Positions 58,336 through 64,000 of a stretch of 64,000 nucleotides of DNA are shown here, one piece after another (within the stretch, counting starts at the first letter, position 1; every line of letters starts with the position of its first letter). The position numbers and the translations under genes are program-made. A model generated the notes under the pieces. The model saw only the letters and a program-made list of their open reading frames with translations. It ran no database searches and was not told the origin of the DNA. The DNA comes from a bacterium (lineage in GTDB: Bacteria > Electryoneota > Electryoneia > Electryoneales > Electryoneaceae). The DNA lies in the NCBI GenBank assembly GCA_963669175.1, contig OY769902.1, forward strand, positions 3,296,001-3,360,000. Direction: 5' to 3'.

Positions 58336-60821
58336 GTAATCACCAGGTTCACCAGTTTGCCGGGTACCACGATCGCTTTACGCAATGTTCCCTCTGAAAG
58401 ATAGGATTGCACCTTGTCCGATGCCATTGCCATCGTCTTTAAAGTTTCATTGTCAGTATCGGATGGAGCCTCTATACGGTCACGAACTTTCCCATTGACC
58501 TGAACAATCAATGTTACCGTCTTCTGCAGCAATGCTTCTTCTTCAAACTCCGGCCATTTCACGGTAAAGATGCTTTCCTTGCCACCTAAACGCTGCCAGG
58601 CTTCTTCTGAGAAGTGGGGTGCAAAAGGCGCCAACACTGTAACCAAAGTTTGAATCAGGCGCTTTGCTGCTTCCTGATCTACCTTTGAGTCCTGCACATC
58701 TCCGCCGACCCAATGGTAAATCTCGTTCACCAATTCCATCATACGGCTGATAGCTGTGTTGAAAGCAAAATTGTTCAGATCTTCGCCAACAGATTTGATC
58801 GTATGGTGAAGAGTGCGATACAATTCTTTTGGATAATCAGCTTTCTGGGGAATGCCTGTATCCAGAGCGCCGTCACCGAAATGAGTGACCAGCCGCCAGA
58901 TGCGATTGATAAAACGGTCGATGCCCGTAATACCTTCATCGGACCAGTCGCCGCCTTCACGATAGTCACCCATGAACATCAGGTACATGCGGAAGACATC
59001 TGAGCCGTAATTCGCAACGAAATCGTCCGGATTCACTACGTTGCCCTTGGATTTCGACATCTTGATACCACCATGCTTGATCACGCCCTGGTGGATCAGT
59101 TTTTTCGCCGGTTCCTCAACCGGGCTGATGCCGAGCTCATGCAGGAATCGCGTAATAAACCGGAAGTAAATCAAATGTCCGGTTGAATGGTCTGCACCGC
59201 CTACATATACATCTATCGGCATCCAGTTCTTTAGTCTTTCGATATCGAATGCCTCTCCAGTTTTGTCCGAAGAGAGGTAACGCAGATGATAGAAGGATGA
59301 GCAGACGTAGGTGTCCATGGTGTCAGGATCACGTCTTGCAGGACCACCACATTCCGGGCAGGTGACATTCATATACTCATCAACAGCGCCGAGCGGAGAA
59401 GTGCCCTTGGGACGGAATTCCTTCACGTTATCCGGCAACTGGACGGGAAGATCCTTTTCCGGGACAGGAACCACGCCGCATTTATCGCAGTAAATGACAG
59501 GAATCGGAGCGCCCCAGTAACGCTGACGGCTGATCGACCAGTCACGCATGCGATACGTAACCGCCAAACCACCCTGGTTGCGGTCTTCCAGTTTCTCGCA
59601 GATGACCTTCTTCGCAACTTCGCTTTGCAATCCGTTAAAATTGCTCGAGTTGACCATCATACCCGGTTCGGTATACGCTTCACGCATCTCTTCCGGTTCG
59701 AGCATCTCGTGGGGGGGACGGATCACCACTTCCATGGGCAGGCTGTATTTCTCGGCAAATTCAAAATCACGCTGATCATGGGCCGGGACAGCCATTACCG
59801 CGCCAGTGCCGTAACTACCCAATACATAATCTCCGATCCAGATCGGGATTTTCTTGTCGGTGAAGGGATGACGGACATATGCGCCGGTGAAAACGCCGGT
59901 CTTTTCACGAGTGGTCGAGGTGCGTTCCACGTCGGTGGCACGCATCGCCTGCTCGATATACCCATTGACCGCTTCTTTCTGTTCCGCTGTGGTCAGGCTG
60001 GATACTAAAGGATGTTCCGGGGCCAGTACTATCCAGGTCACCCCGAAAACCGTGTCAGGGCGAGTGGTAAAGACTTCGATATACTCTTCCGGCATGGCGT
60101 CCAAAGCGAAACGGATGTTCGCACCTTCGCTACGGCCGATCCAGTTTTGCTGACGTTTGATCGTGCTTTCCGGCCAGTCGATATCGTTCAAGCCTTCGAG
60201 CAGCTTGTCGGCGTAATCCGTAATCCGGAAGTACCACTGCTTCATTTTCTTCTGTATAACAATATTCCCGCAACGTTCGCAGGAGCCGTCCTGTTGTACC
60301 TGTTCGTTGGCCAGTACAGTCTGGCAGGAGGTACACCAGTTGACCATGCCATCTTTCTGGTAGGCAAGGCCTTTTTTGTACAACTGCAGGAAAAGCCACT
60401 GAGTCCATTTGTAGTACTCCGGTCGGCTGGTGATTACGCTGTGATCCCAGTCGTACATCGCACCGATGGCGTATAGTTGTTCCTGGATGGACGCTATAGA
60501 AGACTCGGTCACTTCACGCGGGTGAGTGCCGACTTTAATCGCATAATTCTCCGCCGGAAGGCCGAAGGAATCGAAGCCCATGGGTTCGAAGACGTTACAG
60601 CCCTGCATACGCTTGAAACGTGCGAATGTATCTGTAGGCCCATAATTCCACCAGTGCCCGATATGCAGCTTGCTGGAGGAGGGGTAACTGAACATGACCA
60701 GTACGTACATCTTGTCGTCACCGGGGGCGTCCAGATCAACCTTATGCACGCCGGTGTCACGCCATGTTTGCTGCCACTTGGGCTCTACTTCCGAAAAGGG
60801 ATAACGATCCTCGGTACTCAT
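58332..60821 (-). CDS. leuS: Leucine--tRNA ligase
   Basis: YVLVMFSYPS..LHIGH, FTTRPDT, YGTGAVMAVPAHDQRD, DWSISRQRYWG, KMSKS. Start ATG 60821. Confidence 0.97.
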   Translation of the reverse strand: MSTEDRYPFSEVEPKWQQTWRDTGVHKVDLDAPGDDKMYVLVMFSYPSSSKLHIGHWWNYGPTDTFARFKRMQGCNVFEPMGFDSFGLPAENYAIKVGTHPREVTESSIASIQEQLYAIGAMYDWDHSVITSRPEYYKWTQWLFLQLYKKGLAYQKDGMVNWCTSCQTVLANEQVQQDGSCERCGNIVIQKKMKQWYFRITDYADKLLEGLNDIDWPESTIKRQQNWIGRSEGANIRFALDAMPEEYIEVFTTRPDTVFGVTWIVLAPEHPLVSSLTTAEQKEAVNGYIEQAMRATDVERTSTTREKTGVFTGAYVRHPFTDKKIPIWIGDYVLGSYGTGAVMAVPAHDQRDFEFAEKYSLPMEVVIRPPHEMLEPEEMREAYTEPGMMVNSSNFNGLQSEVAKKVICEKLEDRNQGGLAVTYRMRDWSISRQRYWGAPIPVIYCDKCGVVPVPEKDLPVQLPDNVKEFRPKGTSPLGAVDEYMNVTCPECGGPARRDPDTMDTYVCSSFYHLRYLSSDKTGEAFDIERLKNWMPIDVYVGGADHSTGHLIYFRFITRFLHELGISPVEEPAKKLIHQGVIKHGGIKMSKSKGNVVNPDDFVANYGSDVFRMYLMFMGDYREGGDWSDEGITGIDRFINRIWRLVTHFGDGALDTGIPQKADYPKELYRTLHHTIKSVGEDLNNFAFNTAISRMMELVNEIYHWVGGDVQDSKVDQEAAKRLIQTLVTVLAPFAPHFSEEAWQRLGGKESIFTVKWPEFEEEALLQKTVTLIVQVNGKVRDRIEAPSDTDNETLKTMAMASDKVQSYLSEGTLRKAIVVPGKLVNLVIT

Positions 60822-61285
60822 CTTTGTGTCCTTCGTCCCGGTCAGGGTATGGGTAAAAAACTCTATATCTGTCTTCTTACGGGAATTGTTTACTCGCAAG
60901 AATCCTGCTTAACCTGCTAAGCTGCACGAAGTTAGGCGATTGATGCACCAAGCTCCATGAAGCAAAGAAAATACGGATACGCTCTGGAGGTTACAAGAGG
61001 CGAGAACATTCTGAGCATTTCACAATGAATACAAGCATAGCCCGGCCATGCCTGGCCGGGGATACCTGGACTTCATGCCATATGTAAGCGAGTCTGACCC
61101 GAATTGTGCGCCGAGGCGTACTACTTGCTGTCGGGAAAACAGGGGAACGTATGCAGCCTGTTTTATTCCGAAGCGCTCATGGGATATCACGTGGATAAAA
61201 GCTGTATCATAGTATTATTGCATATGTTCTTGTTTTAGGCAATGTCACTTGCGATTCGGGCCACCCTACAATAGTTTTCGACAAG

Positions 61286-61321
61286 AGCATCGCCCCTGTA
61301 CCTATCAACAGGGGCGATGCT
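61286..61321 (-). terminator. Stable hairpin downstream of the secreted-protein gene (terminator-like)
   Basis: AGCATCGCCCCTGT...ACAGGGGCGATGCT. Confidence 0.65.
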
Positions 61322-61369
61322 ATATCAGTAAAGACCTTCTTTACCTTTTTTTTACTTTCTTTACTTTCT

Positions 61370-63355
61370 TTACTTGAGAAGCACAATCTTCTCCACATCC
61401 TGATGGTTACCGGATTCCAGCGACAGGAAGTAGACGCCTGCGGCCAGTCCTTCACCGTGGAAGGTGACTTCGTGGGCGCCGGTGGTCATGGTACGGTTGA
61501 CCAGTGTGGCGACTTCACGGCCCAGCACATCGTACACCTTCAGCGCGATGTGGCCGCTCTGCTTCAGGGTGAAGGAGACCTTGACCTGGGAGTTGAACGG
61601 GTTCGGCCAGGCGGCAGTCAGTTCGAACTGTTGCGGTGTCAGGGAACGTCCCGATTCTTCCGCTACGCCGAGAATGTCTTCACGCCATGCCCAGTCCAAC
61701 GGATCCTCGTAGAAGCCCGCGCTGTCCACATGCAGGGGAAGTCCGGGGACCAGTTCTTCGTTGGCGGCGAACTGATCGATCAGATCCTGCTTCAGGACAC
61801 GCATGTATACGATCGGGTTGTTGGTCACGGTTCCTTCCGGTTCCGGCATGTCGGTGTCGCCGGCGTCCAGGTCTTCCAGGAAGTTTATGTGCAGGTATTC
61901 GCCTTCATTGTTCAGCGCGAGAGTAGCGTCACGTTCATTGCGGCAGTCCCCGGCAGGGATCGCGCCCGATTCGCCACGGGTGTTGGTGATGTTCACGCCC
62001 TTGAACCACAGGCGGCCATTGTACGGTCCGGGAGGCGAAGCGGTTACGAAGAGTTCCGCGTTCAACAGGCCGCTGCTTTCGCCCACGTCTTTCGCGGTGC
62101 CGTCATCAAGGGTGTCGCCCGGGATACCGAACTGCTGGTACAGGCACCACAGCCAGCCATCTTTATCACGTGAAAGCGAAGGGTTGTTCACGGTTGAATT
62201 ATAGCCGCCGGGACGCGCATTCACCCAGAAATCACCATCGGCGATACGGATCAATTCCTGATCATCACTGTTCCAGTAATACAAATGACCAAGGACTGTT
62301 GCACGGTCTTCGTAGAAGTAGAAGGGCATGGCCTGGAATGCGACATGGATGGTATGATCATCATCCACAAACAGGCTGTGCTCGTATTCCATGCGGAAGG
62401 TGTCCACATCTGCGATCAGGGTATCCGGCAGCAGGTCCGGATCAGGCCCGGAAAACTGGGTGACATTCAGGACATTGTCCAGGCTCCAGTCCCAGTTGGT
62501 GCCACGTTCGTCGTTGACCCACAACACCAGGTCATTATCCCAGCCGCCACTTTCAACGGGGCTGCCTAAGTCAGAGCGGCGCATGGGGCGTCCGATCACG
62601 ACACGTTGTCCATCGGGACTGCATGCGATATTAGTACAGTTGGCGTAGCCGAGCTCTGTTACAACTTCAGGCTCACCACCGTCATTGGCTTCCACGAAAG
62701 AGAAGGTTGCCGGATCATGGGTGAGACGGTGGTAATAGACACCACGTGGGCTATCATCCGAGCTGAGCATGTAGGCCAGGTGAATCAGGCTGTCGCCATC
62801 AACTGCAATCTTTGCCTGAACCATGCCCAGATCTTCCGCGGGTTCAGTGGCATATGGGTTCCAAATCTGGAAATCCGCCCAGTATGCGGCCACGTAGATC
62901 GTCCAGTTGGCGCCGCTGGAAACGCGGTCGTGATAGGCCGGAATGGCGACACGGTTATCCAGCGAGGAAGAGGATGACATGCCGATAGTCGCATATCCGC
63001 CACGAACCCCATTGCTGACAATGTTTCCGCCAGCCGTCATGCAGCCGAAAGAGCCGTTGTACGTTGATATCCGGTTGGTACGGACTGTACGAGTGCTGTT
63101 GTCGAGGTAGGTGAAGACCACAATGGCTTCACCAGCGCCGTTATTGCCCTCAGGATCGTAGGCAATCAGGCGGCCGTTCAGAATGTTATGCTGATTGTCA
63201 AGCTGGCTCAGACCGACAACAACAGTATCGCCCAGGAATTCATCAAGCTCACCGGCTTGCACAACTGTTGGATCAATGCTCGCCACTGCGCCGAACAGGC
63301 AGACAGCTATCAATCCGGCAAACAGTAGTGTTGACACCGTCTTAAAAAGATGCAT
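61370..63355 (-). CDS. Secreted beta-propeller-like protein with T9SS/Por-type C-terminal domain
   Basis: ATG 63355 after GGAG, signal peptide, GELDEF, repeated 'IAVDGDSLIHLAY' / 'FVDDDHTIHVAF' blades, AWPNPFNS..VYDVLGREVATLV..AGVYFLSL..KIVLLK. Confidence 0.85.
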   Translation of the reverse strand: MHLFKTVSTLLFAGLIAVCLFGAVASIDPTVVQAGELDEFLGDTVVVGLSQLDNQHNILNGRLIAYDPEGNNGAGEAIVVFTYLDNSTRTVRTNRISTYNGSFGCMTAGGNIVSNGVRGGYATIGMSSSSSLDNRVAIPAYHDRVSSGANWTIYVAAYWADFQIWNPYATEPAEDLGMVQAKIAVDGDSLIHLAYMLSSDDSPRGVYYHRLTHDPATFSFVEANDGGEPEVVTELGYANCTNIACSPDGQRVVIGRPMRRSDLGSPVESGGWDNDLVLWVNDERGTNWDWSLDNVLNVTQFSGPDPDLLPDTLIADVDTFRMEYEHSLFVDDDHTIHVAFQAMPFYFYEDRATVLGHLYYWNSDDQELIRIADGDFWVNARPGGYNSTVNNPSLSRDKDGWLWCLYQQFGIPGDTLDDGTAKDVGESSGLLNAELFVTASPPGPYNGRLWFKGVNITNTRGESGAIPAGDCRNERDATLALNNEGEYLHINFLEDLDAGDTDMPEPEGTVTNNPIVYMRVLKQDLIDQFAANEELVPGLPLHVDSAGFYEDPLDWAWREDILGVAEESGRSLTPQQFELTAAWPNPFNSQVKVSFTLKQSGHIALKVYDVLGREVATLVNRTMTTGAHEVTFHGEGLAAGVYFLSLESGNHQDVEKIVLLK

Positions 63356-63751
63356 CTCACTCTCCAGGTAAGACCCCGTAGGGCACAAATCGCGGCTCTC
63401 GTACAATGTGGATATTCTTGAAAGTAAGGCGAGTTACTTCTACAGAAGTCCACACCTGCGAAGACATGATCCTGTTTCCTGTGACAAATCGAAAGAGATT
63501 CACGTCTGTATCGGCTACGGCTTCAGCTATGAACCTGATTTCGTAACTAGCCTGACTATCAGAACAACTATAGCACGAAAATGAGGTGTTTCGCAATAAT
63601 TCAGACATTCAATTCTACGGATTCTTTCGGGATTTCGAGATTCAGGTGGCTCCAGGAAAGACGACAAGACGGACAGAAGGGTTGATTGAACGGAGCTAAG
63701 GACTGCAATCTCCTTCACCTGACCAACAAGTCAACTTATCCGGAAATAACC

Positions 63752-64000
63752 ATGCATGAGACAGCTGCGCTTCGGGAACGTGTTGTCGGAATTGATCTGA
63801 AAGTTCCGTTGTATAGCGGTGAAGAAGTTGTGTACACCAATCTCGATAACGCTGCATCGACTCCAGCCCTGAAAGCGGTTAAAATTGAAGCGGATAACCT
63901 GCTCGAGTGGTATTCCAGTATTCACCGTGGCGCCGGGTACAAGAGCCAGCTCGCCAGCGAATGGTATGAGCGTTCACGGAAGACAGTGCTCGATTTTGTC
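63752..64000 (+). CDS. Class V aminotransferase (PLP enzyme), 5' part, runs off the window
   Basis: Manual translation MHETAALRERVVGIDLKVPLYSGEEVVYTNLDNAASTPAL...YSSIHRGAGYKSQLASEWYERSR. Confidence 0.85.
   Translation, partial: MHETAALRERVVGIDLKVPLYSGEEVVYTNLDNAASTPALKAVKIEADNLLEWYSSIHRGAGYKSQLASEWYERSRKTVLDFV

Noticed and set aside
61040-61175. tRNA-Sec or T-box upstream of leuS (CTGGACTTCA and nearby hairpins)
   Set aside because: No cloverleaf, T-arm (GTTCGA) or T-box consensus can be built.
61237-61253. Additional sigma54-like site AGGCAATGTCACTTGC
   Set aside because: GG-to-GC spacing is one base too long and it points toward no + strand gene.
61403-62173. 256-aa + strand ORF
   Set aside because: Antisense shadow of the GC-rich secreted-protein gene.

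Overview
Chromosomal segment of a roughly 48-50% GC bacterium, probably from the FCB superphylum. That placement is inferred from secreted proteins with T9SS/Por-type 'PNPFN' C-terminal domains and an alternative GlmU-like gene; the exact phylum cannot be determined here. Most of the window is housekeeping and metabolic genes: polA, leuS, RluA/D pseudouridine synthase, methionine gamma-lyase, methylmalonyl-CoA epimerase, crotonases, kinases, peroxiredoxin, cysteine desulfurase-like enzymes and HU/IHF. I found no rRNA, tRNA, transposase, integrase or cas gene. The notable structure is: (1) a tandem duplicated TetR + ~1000-aa secreted protein cassette (about 12.7-20.9 kb) with a swapped middle domain, conserved structured UTRs and an operator retained in only one copy; (2) an ELDE motif after the pro-region of all three T9SS-type proteins, a candidate maturation site; (3) an Rdx/SelW-family selenoprotein (CxxU, with a SECIS-like hairpin) at 43390-43614 that the ORF track missed; (4) three sigma54-type promoters in front of FlgT/CsgG-like envelope genes and a 69-aa orphan peptide ending Cys-UGA, plus an NtrC-family activator; (5) an ACP-FkbH-GNAT-beta-propeller operon; (6) REP-like palindrome doublets and a candidate three-way-junction leader RNA. 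All family calls come from recognising motifs by eye, not from database searches.
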